From assembly GCA_024711345.1 (NCBI GenBank), contig JANJTA010000035.1, positions 328,170 to 392,169 of the forward strand: a DNA stretch of 64,000 nucleotides. Reading direction: 5' to 3'. The DNA comes from Rhodanobacter sp. GTDB taxonomy: Bacteria; Pseudomonadota; Gammaproteobacteria; Xanthomonadales; Rhodanobacteraceae. The notes below the pieces were generated by a model that saw nothing but the letters and a program-made list of their open reading frames with translations, had not been told where the DNA came from and searched no databases. Made by a program: the position numbers and the translations under genes. Shown piece by piece: positions 39,464 to 49,602 of this stretch. The first letter of the stretch is position 1. The number at the start of each line of letters is the position of its first letter.

Positions 39464-40456
39464 TCAGGCCAGCACGTTGGGATTGAGGATCGTCGGCGGC
39501 CGCCCGGCATGCGGGCCATGGCCGAACAGCGCCAGCACATTGTCCACGGCCAGCGCGGTCATCGCGCGGCGCGTTTCGGTGCTGGCGCTGGCGATATGCG
39601 GGCTGAGCACCACGTTGTCCAGTTCGAGCAGGCCCGGGTGCAGCGCCGGCTCGCCCTCGAACACGTCCAGCGCGGCGCCGGCCAGCCGCCGCTCGCGCAG
39701 CGCCGCCGTCAGCGCCTTGTCGTCCACGATGCCGCCACGGGCCACGTTGACCAGCATCGCGGTCGGCTTCATCAGCGCCAGCTCGGGCGCGCCGATCGCA
39801 CGCCGGGTCTGCGGCGTCAGCGGCAACGCGAGCACCAGGAAATCGGCCTCGCGCAGCAGCCGCGGCTTGTCGACGAAGCGCGCGTGGCAGGCGCGCTCGA
39901 CGGCCTCCGGCAGCGGCGAACGGTTGTGGTACAGCACCGGCATGCCGAAGCCGACCGCACGGTGCGCGATGGCCTGGCCGATGCGGCCCATGCCGAGGAT
40001 GCCCAGGGTGCGGCCGCGCACGTCGGTACCCAGCCACGCCTTGAACTCGGTGGCCTTCCAGTGCCCGGCACGCAGCCAGCGCTCGGCCGCGGTCATGCGC
40101 CGGGCTGCGCCCAGCAACAGCGCCCAGGTGTAGTCGGCCACGCTCTCGTTGAGCACGTCGGCGGTATTCGACACGGCGATGCCGGCGGCGCTCAGCGCAT
40201 CCAGGTCCAGGTTGTCGTAGCCGACGCCGAGGTTGGCGACGATGCGCAGGCGATGCGCGCCGGCGATTTCGGCCGCACCGATGCGGTCCTTCAGGCCGAC
40301 GATGGCGGCGTCCTGCCCGGCCAGCTTCGCCGCCAGCTCGTGCGCGGCGAACTTGCGCTCCTCCGGCTCGGCGCTTACCTCGAAATGCGGTTCAAGCCGG
40401 GCGATGATGCCCGGGAAGGTGGGTCGCGAAACCCACACGCGCGGCTTGTCGCTCAT
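39464..40456 (-). CDS. D-isomer-specific 2-hydroxyacid dehydrogenase (glyoxylate/hydroxypyruvate reductase-like)
   Basis: ATG 40456. NAD motif GILGMGRIGQAIA; catalytic region VNVARGGIVD...LDVFEGEP...SPHIASAS. Confidence 0.87.
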   Translation of the reverse strand: MSDKPRVWVSRPTFPGIIARLEPHFEVSAEPEERKFAAHELAAKLAGQDAAIVGLKDRIGAAEIAGAHRLRIVANLGVGYDNLDLDALSAAGIAVSNTADVLNESVADYTWALLLGAARRMTAAERWLRAGHWKATEFKAWLGTDVRGRTLGILGMGRIGQAIAHRAVGFGMPVLYHNRSPLPEAVERACHARFVDKPRLLREADFLVLALPLTPQTRRAIGAPELALMKPTAMLVNVARGGIVDDKALTAALRERRLAGAALDVFEGEPALHPGLLELDNVVLSPHIASASTETRRAMTALAVDNVLALFGHGPHAGRPPTILNPNVLA

Positions 40457-40487
40457 GGTTGCGGCTCCGGCTGCCATGGTCGGTCCA

Positions 40488-41576
40488 TCAGGGAATGCGC
40501 GGCGCTACCGGCCCCACGTCGCAGCACTGGGCGCGGTGGCGCAAGGCATGGTCGATCAACACCAGCGCCACCATTGCCTCGGCGATCGGGGTGGCGCGGA
40601 TGCCGACGCAGGGATCGTGGCGTCCCTTGGTCACCACTTCGACCGGCTCGCCGGCCAGGTTCACGCTGCGGCCGGGGATCAGGATGCTGGAAGTGGGCTT
40701 CAGCGCGATCGAGGCGATCACCGGCTGGCCGCTGCTGATGCCGCCGAGGATGCCGCCGGCGTGATTGGACGCAAAGCCGTCCATGCCCATCTCGTCGCGA
40801 TGCTCGCTGCCGCGCTGGGCGACGGCGGCAAAGCCGTCGCCGATCTCCACGCCCTTGACCGCGTTGATCGACATCAGCGCGCTGGCCAGGTCGCCGTCGA
40901 GCTTGCCGTAGATCGGTTCGCCCCAGCCCGGCGGCACGCCGTCGGCGACCACGTTGACGCGCGCGCCGACCGAGTCGCCGGACTTGCGCAGCGCGTTGAT
41001 GTGGTTCTCCAGCGCCGGCACCTGCACCGCATCGGGCCAGAAGAACGGGTTCTGCTCCACCGCGTCCCAGTCGAAGGCGTCCGGCGTGATGTCACCGATC
41101 TGCGCCAGGTAGCCGCGCACGCGCACGGCGTGGTGCTCGGCCAGCCATTTCTTGGCGAGCACCGCCGCGGCCACGCGCATGGTGGTCTCGCGCGCCGAGG
41201 AACGCCCGCCGCCGCGCGGGTCGCGGATGCCGTATTTCTGCCAATAGGTGTAGTCGGCGTGGCCGGGACGGAAGCTCGACGCGATGTCGCCGTAGTCCTT
41301 GCTGCGCTGGTCGGTGTTGCGGATCAAGAGCGCGATCGGCGTGCCGGTGGTCCTGCCTTCGTACACGCCGGAGAGGATCTCCACCTCGTCCGCTTCGTGC
41401 CGCTGCGAGGTGTAGCGGCTGCGGCCGGTGGCGCGGCGTGCGAGGTCGTGGCGAAACTCCTCCGGCGCGATGGCCAGTCCCGGCGGGCAGCCGTCGATCA
41501 CGCAGCCGATCGCCGGCCCGTGGCTCTCGCCGAAGGTGGTGACGGTGAACAGCTTGCCGAAGGAATTGCTGGACAT
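40488..41576 (-). CDS. aroC: chorismate synthase
   Basis: ATG 41576 within ORF 40488..42017, giving [33 protein letters not shown]. Confidence 0.94.
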   Translation of the reverse strand: MSSNSFGKLFTVTTFGESHGPAIGCVIDGCPPGLAIAPEEFRHDLARRATGRSRYTSQRHEADEVEILSGVYEGRTTGTPIALLIRNTDQRSKDYGDIASSFRPGHADYTYWQKYGIRDPRGGGRSSARETTMRVAAAVLAKKWLAEHHAVRVRGYLAQIGDITPDAFDWDAVEQNPFFWPDAVQVPALENHINALRKSGDSVGARVNVVADGVPPGWGEPIYGKLDGDLASALMSINAVKGVEIGDGFAAVAQRGSEHRDEMGMDGFASNHAGGILGGISSGQPVIASIALKPTSSILIPGRSVNLAGEPVEVVTKGRHDPCVGIRATPIAEAMVALVLIDHALRHRAQCCDVGPVAPRIP

Positions 41577-41623
41577 GGCGTGCCCGGGGTCAAAGGCCCA
41601 AGCATACCGGCACCGCTCTTCCT

Positions 41624-41731
41624 GTAGGAGTCCGCTCGCGGGCGAGGCTCTTGAGCTTTTGCGACTCCCTATTCCCCATTCCCCATTCCCTGTTCCCGGC
41701 AAAGAAGCATCGCCCGCGAGCGGGCTCCTAC
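41624..41731. repeat. GTAG-type REP inverted pair with tandem heptamer spacer
   Basis: Arms 41624-41650 (GTAGGAGTCCGCTCGCGGGCGAGGCTC) and 41707-41731 (GCATCGCCCGCGAGCGGGCTCCTAC). The spacer contains ATTCCCC ATTCCCC ATTCCCT GTTCCC at 41671-41697. The CTAC end overlaps the GNAT stop. Confidence 0.85.
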
Positions 41732-42267
41732 CGCTCTGCCGCCAACCACTCGCGGGACAGCATGGCGAAGAGCATGTCGTCGACCCATGCACCGTGCAGC
41801 CACAGGCTCTCGCGGTGGTGCGCCTCCTGGCGCATGCCCAGCGAACGCAGCAGGCCGAGGCAGGCCAGGTTGCGCGGGTCGACCGAGGCCTGGATGCGAT
41901 GCCGACCGAGCCGGCCGAACACGTGGTCGAACAGCGCGCGCACCGCCTCGCCGGCATACCCCTGCCCCTGGCCGGCCGGCGCGAGGCTGATGCCGAACTC
42001 GACCGATGCCTTGGCATCCCCGGGCAGGTTCACGCCAAGGTCGCCGAGCAGCCGGCCGTCCTCGCGCAGCCGGATCGCGCGCTGGAACCAGCCGACGGGA
42101 ATCGCTGCGGACGATTGCCGCTCGATGAAGGCACGCGCGGCGGCGAGGTCGGCCGGGCACCAGCCCTGGTAGCGCGCCACCGCGGGATCACTGCGCAAGA
42201 CGAACAGCGCCGCGGCGTCGTCAGGGCGCAACGCGTCGATCCGCAATCGCGCCGTGGCCAGTTCCAT
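41728..42267 (-). CDS. GNAT family N-acetyltransferase
   Basis: 179 aa, RimJ/RimL-like ([16 protein letters not shown]...[18 protein letters not shown]). Confidence 0.82.
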   Translation of the reverse strand: MELATARLRIDALRPDDAAALFVLRSDPAVARYQGWCPADLAAARAFIERQSSAAIPVGWFQRAIRLREDGRLLGDLGVNLPGDAKASVEFGISLAPAGQGQGYAGEAVRALFDHVFGRLGRHRIQASVDPRNLACLGLLRSLGMRQEAHHRESLWLHGAWVDDMLFAMLSREWLAAER

Positions 42268-42270
42268 GCT

Positions 42271-43197
42271 TCAGCCCGGACGCCGCGCGGCGGCCGCCGC
42301 ATGGATCGCCGCGGCGTGCTCGACCAGGTCGCGCCGCTCCAGCGCGAACACGCCCATCGGACCGACCTTGAACTCGATCCACACGAACGGCACTTCCGGC
42401 AGCAGCGCGGCCAGCGCGTGCTCGCTCTCGCCCACCTCGACGATCAGCAGGCCGTCCCCGGTGAGGTGGTCGGCCGCCTCGTCCAGCATGCGCAGGCACA
42501 GGTCCAGGCCGTCCACGCCGGAGGTCAGGCCCAGCTTGGGCTCGTGCACGTACTCTCCCGGCAGCGCGGCGTATTCGTCCTCGGTGACGTAGGGCGGATT
42601 GGAGACGATCAGGTCGTACTTGCGCCCGGCCACGCCGGCGAACAGGTCGGAGCGGATCGCCTCGACGCGATCCTCGACGTGCTGGAACGCGATGTTCTCG
42701 CGGGCCAGCGACAGCGCCTCGTCGCTGATGTCGACCAGATCCACCCGCCAGTCCGGGTTGTATTCGGCCATGGCGATACCGATGCAGCCCGAGCCGGTGC
42801 ACAGGTCCAGTGCCCGCTCGACCTGGCGGTCGTCCAGCCACGGCGCGAAGCCCGTCTCGATCAGCTCGGCGATCGGCGAGCGCGGCACCAGCGCGCGGCG
42901 GTCGCTCTTGAACTTCAGCCCGGCGAACCAGGTTTCCCCGACCAGGTAGGCCACCGGCAGGCGCTCGTTGACGCGGCGCTCGATCAGCGCCAGCACGTTC
43001 GCACGTTCGGCCGTGGTCAACCGGCCGGCGCCGTACGCCGGCGGAATGTCCGGCGGCAGGTGCAGGCTGGCCAGCACCAGGTGGGTGGCCTCGTCGATCG
43101 GGTTGTCGTGGCTGTGGCCGAAGGTCAGCCCGGCCGCCGAGAAACGGCTGGCGCCGTAGCGGATGAAGTCGATGATGGTGGCGAGTTCGGCGGTCAC
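42271..43197 (-). CDS. prmB: 50S ribosomal protein L3 N5-glutamine methyltransferase
   Basis: GTG 43197 within ORF 42271..43440. SAM motif [11 protein letters not shown]; NPPY motif VSNPPYV; PrmB-type N-terminus [12 protein letters not shown]. Confidence 0.85.
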   Translation of the reverse strand: MTAELATIIDFIRYGASRFSAAGLTFGHSHDNPIDEATHLVLASLHLPPDIPPAYGAGRLTTAERANVLALIERRVNERLPVAYLVGETWFAGLKFKSDRRALVPRSPIAELIETGFAPWLDDRQVERALDLCTGSGCIGIAMAEYNPDWRVDLVDISDEALSLARENIAFQHVEDRVEAIRSDLFAGVAGRKYDLIVSNPPYVTEDEYAALPGEYVHEPKLGLTSGVDGLDLCLRMLDEAADHLTGDGLLIVEVGESEHALAALLPEVPFVWIEFKVGPMGVFALERRDLVEHAAAIHAAAAARRPG

Positions 43198-43260
43198 GGC
43201 GGTTCCGGCTGGCGGCGAAAGGCCAGCGATTATAAGGCCGGGCCCCGTATACTTCGGCGG

Positions 43261-44109
43261 ATGACCTTCAAGATCCTGCTGCAATACCTCCTTCCGCACC
43301 GCTTCCTGTCGCGACTGGTCTACTGGGCCACGCGCTGGACCTTCGCGCCGTGGAAGAACTGGCTGATCGCCACCATCGTGCGCAACTACGACGTGGACAT
43401 GGCCGAGGCCGTGCAGCCCGACCCGCTGGCCTACCAGCACTTCAATGCGTTCTTCACCCGCAAGCTGAAACCCGGCGCGCGTCGGGCCGACGCCGACCCG
43501 ACCGCCCTGCTCTCGCCGGCCGACGGCCGCATCAGCCAGGCTGGCGCGATCGAGGACGGGCGCATCTTCCAGGCCAAGGGGCAGAGCTATACCGCCGCGG
43601 AACTGCTGGGCGAGGAGGCCGCCGCCGCGCCCTACCGCAATGGCTGCTTCGTCACCGTGTACCTGTCACCGCGCGACTACCACCGCGTGCACATGCCGCT
43701 GAAAGGTACGCTGAAGGAAACCGTGCACGTGCCCGGGCGCATCTTCAGCGTGGCGCCGTTCGCGGTCGAGGCGATACCGCGGCTGTTCGCGCGCAACGAG
43801 CGGCTGGTCTGCCATTTCGAGGGCGAGCACGGACCGTTCGTGGTGGTGATGGTGGGCGCGGTCCTGGTGTCCTCGGTGGCCACGGTGTGGGACGGCCTGG
43901 TGATCCCGCCGTACGCCTCGTCGATCCGGCGCAAGTCGTTCGCCGGCCAGCACGTCACGCTGGAACGCTTCGCCGAGATGGCGCGCTTCAACATGGGCTC
44001 CACCGTGATCGTGCTGCTGCCCGAGGGCACCACCGAGCTGGATGCCTTGCAGCCGCAGCAGGCGGTGCGCGTGGGCCAGCGGCTCGGCGCCCGCCACCCC
44101 GGAAACTGA
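43261..44109 (+). CDS. psd: phosphatidylserine decarboxylase proenzyme
   Basis: ATG 43261 within ORF 41428..44109. Motifs [11 protein letters not shown] and self-cleavage site FNMGSTV. Confidence 0.92.
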   Translation: MTFKILLQYLLPHRFLSRLVYWATRWTFAPWKNWLIATIVRNYDVDMAEAVQPDPLAYQHFNAFFTRKLKPGARRADADPTALLSPADGRISQAGAIEDGRIFQAKGQSYTAAELLGEEAAAAPYRNGCFVTVYLSPRDYHRVHMPLKGTLKETVHVPGRIFSVAPFAVEAIPRLFARNERLVCHFEGEHGPFVVVMVGAVLVSSVATVWDGLVIPPYASSIRRKSFAGQHVTLERFAEMARFNMGSTVIVLLPEGTTELDALQPQQAVRVGQRLGARHPGN

Positions 44110-44224
44110 CGTGGCGCGTCATTTTGTGACGCCCTAGGCGCTCTTGCCGCCACCGCTTCGCTACGCTCGTGGCCTCGCCGCACGATGCTGCGCATCGCGA
44201 AACTCCAGCGCCGAAGGGGATCCC

Positions 44225-44674
44225 ATGCAAATACTCACTCCGTTCCTCGTGATGATGCGCGCGCGCCAACTGGGCCGCCAGTTCCGCGACATCGAACGCA
44301 GCGTGCGGGCGCTGCCCCGGCGCAACCGAGAGCGCCTGGGCATGCTCACCCTGCGCGAGATCGGGCAGGCCTCGCGCAGCGACTTCCCGCACCTGTACGG
44401 CACCGCGCCGGAGGCGCGCTACCTGCCCTGGGGCCAGGGCACCGAGGCCGGCTACGAGCGCGCCTGCTCGACCAACGCCGAGGTGGCCATGCGCGGCATC
44501 GCGTTGTGGCTGGCGGTGGCCTACCACGAAACCAAGAACTCCCCGCACCCCAGCCTGCAACCGCAGCACCGCCAGCTGATGCAGCTGCTGCGCGAACTGA
44601 AGGAAGTACACGGCGCCGGCCAGGCCGACGCCGGCAATGGCAGCAGTTGGAGGCAGGAAAGCGCCTTCGCCTGA
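44225..44674 (+). CDS. hypothetical protein
   Basis: ATG 44225 within ORF 44144..44674, with AAGGGGA Shine-Dalgarno. GC3-rich codons. No recognisable domain. Confidence 0.5.
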   Translation: MQILTPFLVMMRARQLGRQFRDIERSVRALPRRNRERLGMLTLREIGQASRSDFPHLYGTAPEARYLPWGQGTEAGYERACSTNAEVAMRGIALWLAVAYHETKNSPHPSLQPQHRQLMQLLRELKEVHGAGQADAGNGSSWRQESAFA

Positions 44675-44698
44675 ACGCGGTACGGCGCGGCGCGCGGA

Positions 44699-46177
44699 TC
44701 AGCGACAGACCGGCAGTTTCAGCGTCTGCCCGATGCTCAGGCGGTGGTGCGTCAGCTCGTTCGCCTCGGCCACTTCCTGCACGCTGGAGCAATGCAGCTT
44801 GCGCACGATGCTGATCAGCGTATCGCCACGGCGCACCCTGTAGCGACGGCTGGCCCGCTCTGGCGGCGGCGCTGCCACCGGGGCGGCCACCATCGGCACC
44901 ACCGCGTGGTGCAGGTCGGCGGCAAGGATCGGCCACGGACCCTCGACGCAGCGCGATGCATATGCCTTCTCCAGCAGCTTCGGCAACTGCAGCAGCGTGC
45001 CGACCGGCTGGGTCACCTGCGGATCCAGCCGCGGATTGAGGTTGCGCAAGGTGCGGAACCAGCCGTCGCCCATGCCGCCGGCCGAGCCCAGGCAAACGGT
45101 GAGTTCCGACAATGAGGCCGGCCGCTTCAGGGTGACCGTGCCAGGCGCGCCGTCGACCCGCGGGAAGCGCAGGTTGTAGCTGTCCGGGTGCTGGAACAGC
45201 CATGCCGCAGCGAGCACCGCCGGCACGTAGTCGCGGGTTTCCTGCGACAGCTGGTCGTAGATGCGCGGGTCGTAGAAGCTCACCGAGGTATCGTCGCCGA
45301 CTGTGCGGCGCATGCGCCCTTCGCCGCCGTTGTAGGCGCCGAGGGCAAGTTCGAGGTTGTCATTGAATGCGCGCAGCTGCTCGTTGATGTACTCGGCATT
45401 CGCCCGCGCCGAAGCGGCGGGGTCGAAGCGCAGGTCGAAGCCGCTGTCGCTGCCCAGCCCGAAACGCATGCCGGTGGCGTACATGAACTGCAGCGGCCCC
45501 GACGCCCCCGAGCGCGAGACCGCGTGCACCTTGCCGCCGGATTCCTTGGCCATGATGCCGAACAGCAGCGCCTCGGGCAGGTCCGCCTTCTGGTACTGCG
45601 GCCACATCTGGTAGCGCAGGTACTGGTAGTTGACCCAGGCGTCCATCAGCTGCGGACGCCACTGGGTCAGCCACATCTCCAGCGCCGCCTTCACCGGCCC
45701 GTTCATCGCGATCAGCTGCGACAGCTTCTGTCCGTGCAGCAGGGTCACGCTGCGCTGCGCCTGCGGCAGGCTGGCCGCACCGGTGCTGCCGGTGGCCAGC
45801 GCCGCCTGCGCCGGATCGACGTCGCTGTCCAGGTCCTGGCCGCCGCCGAAGTCGCCGTCCTTCAGGCGCAGCAGGTGGTCGAACACGGAGAAGAACCGCT
45901 GCGGATCGCAGCCGGGCGTGCTGCCGCAACGCGCCGAGGCTTGTTTCAGGCGATCCAGCGTGCGGGTGAGAGTCAGCCGCGAGGCCTGCTGGTCGCCTTC
46001 GCGCGACTGCTGCAGGGCCGTCTCGTAGCCCTTGCTGGCCTGGTCGAGTTCGCCGTACAGCGTGTCCAGCGAAGTGGCCGGCCTGGCGCCGCCGGCGCTG
46101 GCGCAGGCGGCCAGCAGACTGATCGCGACGGCCAGCGCAGCCAGACGCAGGGTACGCACCACGGAACACGACGGCAT
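44699..46177 (-). CDS. lytic transglycosylase lipoprotein with C-terminal LysM (MltD-like)
   Basis: ATG 46177 within ORF 44699..47836. Lipobox LLAAC. SLT motifs MAKESGG, GPLQFM, AYNGG. LysM YRVRRGDTLISIVRKL...GQTLKLP. Confidence 0.85.
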   Translation of the reverse strand: MPSCSVVRTLRLAALAVAISLLAACASAGGARPATSLDTLYGELDQASKGYETALQQSREGDQQASRLTLTRTLDRLKQASARCGSTPGCDPQRFFSVFDHLLRLKDGDFGGGQDLDSDVDPAQAALATGSTGAASLPQAQRSVTLLHGQKLSQLIAMNGPVKAALEMWLTQWRPQLMDAWVNYQYLRYQMWPQYQKADLPEALLFGIMAKESGGKVHAVSRSGASGPLQFMYATGMRFGLGSDSGFDLRFDPAASARANAEYINEQLRAFNDNLELALGAYNGGEGRMRRTVGDDTSVSFYDPRIYDQLSQETRDYVPAVLAAAWLFQHPDSYNLRFPRVDGAPGTVTLKRPASLSELTVCLGSAGGMGDGWFRTLRNLNPRLDPQVTQPVGTLLQLPKLLEKAYASRCVEGPWPILAADLHHAVVPMVAAPVAAPPPERASRRYRVRRGDTLISIVRKLHCSSVQEVAEANELTHHRLSIGQTLKLPVCR

Positions 46178-46294
46178 CACGAACTTCACTCGCGGAAAAC
46201 GCCCACCATAGCGGGCGCAGGGCCTCGACTCAACGCACCGCGACGGCGCCGCCAGCTTGGCTACAATCGCCCGACCCGCAATGGATGGAACGCC

Positions 46295-47788
46295 ATGACT
46301 GAGATCCTGATCGGCCGCAACGACAGCACCAGCGTCAGCCTCGACCCGCACTACGGCAACCGTCACGGCATGATCGCCGGCGCCACCGGCACCGGCAAAT
46401 CCGTTTCGCTGATGGTGCTGGCCGAAGGTTTCTCGCGCCTCGGCGTGCCGTGCTTCCTGGCCGACGCCAAGGGCGACCTGGCCGGCCTTTCGATGGCCGC
46501 CGGCGAGCCGGGCGACAAACTCAAGGCGCGCCTGGACAAGCTCAAGCTCACCGACTGGAAGGCGCAGGCCAATCCGGTGATCTTCTGGGACATCTACGGC
46601 AAGCTCGGCCATCCGGTGCGTGCCACCGTCAGCGAGATGGGTCCGGCCCTGCTCGGCCGCGTGCTGGAACTGAACGACACCCAGGAAGGCGTGCTGGAGG
46701 TGGTGTTCAAGGCTGCCGACGACCAGGGCTGGCTGCTGCTCGACCTGGCCGACCTGCGCGCCCTGCTCGGCTACGCCGCCGACAACGCCAAGACGCTCTC
46801 GGCGAAGTACGGGCTGATCAGCACCACCAGCATCGCGGCGATCCAGCGCGCCCTGCTGAAGCTGGAGAGCGACGGCGCCGACCAGTTCTTCGGCGAGCCC
46901 GCGCTGGAACTGGCCGACCTGATGCGCCAGGACATGAGCGGGCGCGGCATCATCAATGTGCTGGCCGCCGACCAGCTGATCCTGAAACCGCGGCTGTATT
47001 CCACCTTCCTGCTGTGGCTGTTGTCCGAGCTGTTCGAGCAACTGCCCGAGGTGGGCGATCTCGAGCAGCCGAAGATGGTGTTCTTCTTCGACGAGGCGCA
47101 CCTCTTGTTCGACGACGCCTCGCCGGCGCTGCTGCAACGCGTGGAGCAGGTGGTGCGGCTGATCCGCTCCAAGGGCGTTGGCGTGTACTTCTGCTCGCAG
47201 AATCCCGACGACGTGCCCGGCGTGATCCTCGGCCAGCTCGGCAACCGCATCCAGCACGCGCTGCGCGCGTTCACCCCGCGCGACCAGAAGGCGGTCAAGG
47301 CAGCGGCGGAAACCTTCGTCGCCAATCCGAAGCTCGACGTGACCGAGGCGATCACCAAGCTCGCCGTCGGCGAGGCGCTGGCCTCTACCCTCGGCAACGG
47401 CGGCGTGCCCTCGCCGGTGGAACAGGTGCTGGTGACGGCACCGGGCTGCCGCATCGGCGCGATCAGCGAGGCCGAGCGTGCCACCATCCGCCAGCGTTCG
47501 CCGGTGGGCGGCAAGTACGACAACCCGCTCAACCGCGAGTCGGCCGCCGAGATGCTGGCCAAACGCGCCGACGACAAGGCGAGCGCCGACGCCGCGGCAA
47601 CCGGCGCGCCGGGCCAGGCCGAAGAAGCCGGCTGGGGCGGCGCGGTGCACGACGTGCTGTTCGGCACCAAGCGCCGCCAGGGCATGGTCGAGACGATGGG
47701 CAAGCAGATGGTGCGCACGATGGGCAGCCAGCTCGGCCGGCAGATCCTGCGCGGCGTGCTGGGCGGCATCTTCGGCGGCAAGCGCTGA
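46295..47788 (+). CDS. DUF853 / HerA-like P-loop ATPase (YjgR family)
   Basis: ATG 46295 within ORF 45188..47788. Walker A GATGTGKS, Walker B MVFFFDEAHLLF, YFCSQNPDD. Basic Gly-rich C-terminal tail. Confidence 0.85.
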   Translation: MTEILIGRNDSTSVSLDPHYGNRHGMIAGATGTGKSVSLMVLAEGFSRLGVPCFLADAKGDLAGLSMAAGEPGDKLKARLDKLKLTDWKAQANPVIFWDIYGKLGHPVRATVSEMGPALLGRVLELNDTQEGVLEVVFKAADDQGWLLLDLADLRALLGYAADNAKTLSAKYGLISTTSIAAIQRALLKLESDGADQFFGEPALELADLMRQDMSGRGIINVLAADQLILKPRLYSTFLLWLLSELFEQLPEVGDLEQPKMVFFFDEAHLLFDDASPALLQRVEQVVRLIRSKGVGVYFCSQNPDDVPGVILGQLGNRIQHALRAFTPRDQKAVKAAAETFVANPKLDVTEAITKLAVGEALASTLGNGGVPSPVEQVLVTAPGCRIGAISEAERATIRQRSPVGGKYDNPLNRESAAEMLAKRADDKASADAAATGAPGQAEEAGWGGAVHDVLFGTKRRQGMVETMGKQMVRTMGSQLGRQILRGVLGGIFGGKR

Positions 47789-47804
47789 GCGAGAGCAGAC
47801 CCTG

Positions 47805-49055
47805 ATGCCGCGCGTCGAAGTCGTCGCCGCTGACATGCCGTTTGGCGAACGCCTCGCGGCTGGCTTCGGCTATCCGCTGCGCGGCGCCGCGCTGCCCACC
47901 TGCGTGGTGCTGGCGCTGATCCACTACGTCGGCCTGCTGCCGTCGTGGACCGGCGCGCTGGCCAGCGCGCTGGTATGGGCCGCCACCTGGCGCTACGCCG
48001 CCGACTGCCTGCTGCACACCGCCCACGGCTACGCCGACCCGCCCGACGTCGGCAGCGACGGCAACAGCGCCAGCGGCTGGGGCCTTACCGCGATCCACCT
48101 GCTGGTGGTCGCGCTGTGCGTGGTCGCCATCGTGTTCTTCCCGCGCCTGCTGTGGCCGGTGCTAATCCTGTCCGCCGTGGTGCTGCCGGCGATCGACATG
48201 TCGCTGGCGTTCGACGGCAACCTGGCGCTGGCGCTCAATCCGTTGAACTGGGCGCGCGTCATCGGCGGCTTCGGCGCCGCCTACCTGGTGCCGGTGGCGA
48301 TCAACCTGCTGCTCGGCCTGCTGATCGTGCTGGCCTCGGTCACCACCGCGCTGCTGCCGCGGCTGTTGGCGCTGCCGCTGTTCGCCTTCGCCTACACCTA
48401 CCTGATCGTGCTGGCCTTCCACCTGATGGGCGCGATGATCCACCAGCGCCACGAGCGCTTCGGCATCGAACCGGAAGCCGAGAAACTCGCCGCCACCTCC
48501 GGCCAGGATGGCGACAGCCGCCTGGTCGAGGAGGCGCGTCAGCTCGCCACCGACGATCCGCTGGCGGCGCTGCGGCAACTGGCCGCCCGCCTGCGCGAGC
48601 GCACCGCGCCGATACCTGTGCACCAGCTCTACCGCGAGCTGCTGCGACGACAGGGCCTGCGCGACGACCTGCTGGTGCATGGACAGATCTGGATCGCCGC
48701 ACTGATCGCCCAGAAGGAAGCGCGCCGCGCACTCGGCGTACTGCAGGAATGCATCGGCCTCGACAGCGGCTTCGTGCCGGACGACCCGCGCACCTGCGGC
48801 GAGCTGGCGGACCTGGCCGCGCGCCTGGGCATGGATCGCCTCGCCATCCATCTCGGCCGCAGCTACCTGGCGCACTGGCCGCGCGACGCGCAGGCGCCGC
48901 ACTATGGCCTGCTCGCCGCGCGCCAGCTTGCCGCCCACGCCGACCAGCACGCCGAAGCAGCGGCGCTGCTGGATCGGCTCGCGGCCGCCTGGCCGGAGCA
49001 TCCGCTGCGCAGCGAGATCGACGCGCAACGGCGCCAGCTGGCCAGCCCGGCATGA
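47805..49055 (+). CDS. polytopic membrane protein with C-terminal helical-repeat domain, function unknown
   Basis: ATG 47805 within ORF 47478..49055. About 6 hydrophobic helices in the first 250 aa, then a 165-aa Leu/Ala/Arg-rich soluble domain. Begins 16 nt after the DUF853 gene and overlaps greB by ATGA. Confidence 0.65.
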   Translation: MPRVEVVAADMPFGERLAAGFGYPLRGAALPTCVVLALIHYVGLLPSWTGALASALVWAATWRYAADCLLHTAHGYADPPDVGSDGNSASGWGLTAIHLLVVALCVVAIVFFPRLLWPVLILSAVVLPAIDMSLAFDGNLALALNPLNWARVIGGFGAAYLVPVAINLLLGLLIVLASVTTALLPRLLALPLFAFAYTYLIVLAFHLMGAMIHQRHERFGIEPEAEKLAATSGQDGDSRLVEEARQLATDDPLAALRQLAARLRERTAPIPVHQLYRELLRRQGLRDDLLVHGQIWIAALIAQKEARRALGVLQECIGLDSGFVPDDPRTCGELADLAARLGMDRLAIHLGRSYLAHWPRDAQAPHYGLLAARQLAAHADQHAEAAALLDRLAAAWPEHPLRSEIDAQRRQLASPA

Positions 49056-49558
49056 GCCGCTGGCGTCCGCCCTCGCCCGGTTCCACCGCGATCGTCACCC
49101 GCGAGGGTTTCGAGCGCCTGAAGGCCGAGCTCGACCACTTGTGGCATGTGCTGCGCCCGGAGGTGGTGAAAGCCTTGGCCGCCGCCGCCGCCGAGGGCGA
49201 CCGCTCGGAAAACGCCGAGTACACCTACCGCAAGAAACAGCTCGGTGAAATCGACCGGCGCGTGCGCTACCTCAGCAAGCGCATCCCCGCGCTCAAGGTG
49301 GCCGAAGGCCTGCCCGCGGACCGCGGGGCGGTGTTCTTCGGCGCCCGGATCGAACTGGAGAACGTCGCCAGCGGCGAGATCCACCGCTACCGCATCGTCG
49401 GCCCCGACGAGACCGACGCGAAGCGCGGCTGGATCAGCATCGACTCGCCGCTGGCGCGGGCGGTGCTGAAGAAGCGGGTCGACGACGAATTCAGCGCCGA
49501 GCTGCCGGGCGGGCTGACCGCGTTTGCCGTGCTCGCGGTCGATTACGGGCAGGGCTGA
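49052..49558 (+). CDS. greB: transcription elongation factor GreB
   Basis: ATG 49052 within ORF 47945..49558; 168 aa. Motifs [27 protein letters not shown] and [19 protein letters not shown]. Confidence 0.88.
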   Translation: MSRWRPPSPGSTAIVTREGFERLKAELDHLWHVLRPEVVKALAAAAAEGDRSENAEYTYRKKQLGEIDRRVRYLSKRIPALKVAEGLPADRGAVFFGARIELENVASGEIHRYRIVGPDETDAKRGWISIDSPLARAVLKKRVDDEFSAELPGGLTAFAVLAVDYGQG

Positions 49559-49602
49559 CGCCGCGCCGGCAACGAACTCCTGCGGGCATGCCCGCCGCCG
49601 CT

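Noticed and set aside
45188-47836. Two very long ORFs (866 aa on plus, 1045 aa on minus) that mutually overlap across the mltD-like/DUF853 divergent pair.
   Set aside because: Only the distal halves encode recognisable proteins (SLT+LysM lipoprotein from 46177; DUF853 ATPase from 46295). The remainder of each is antisense to the other gene.
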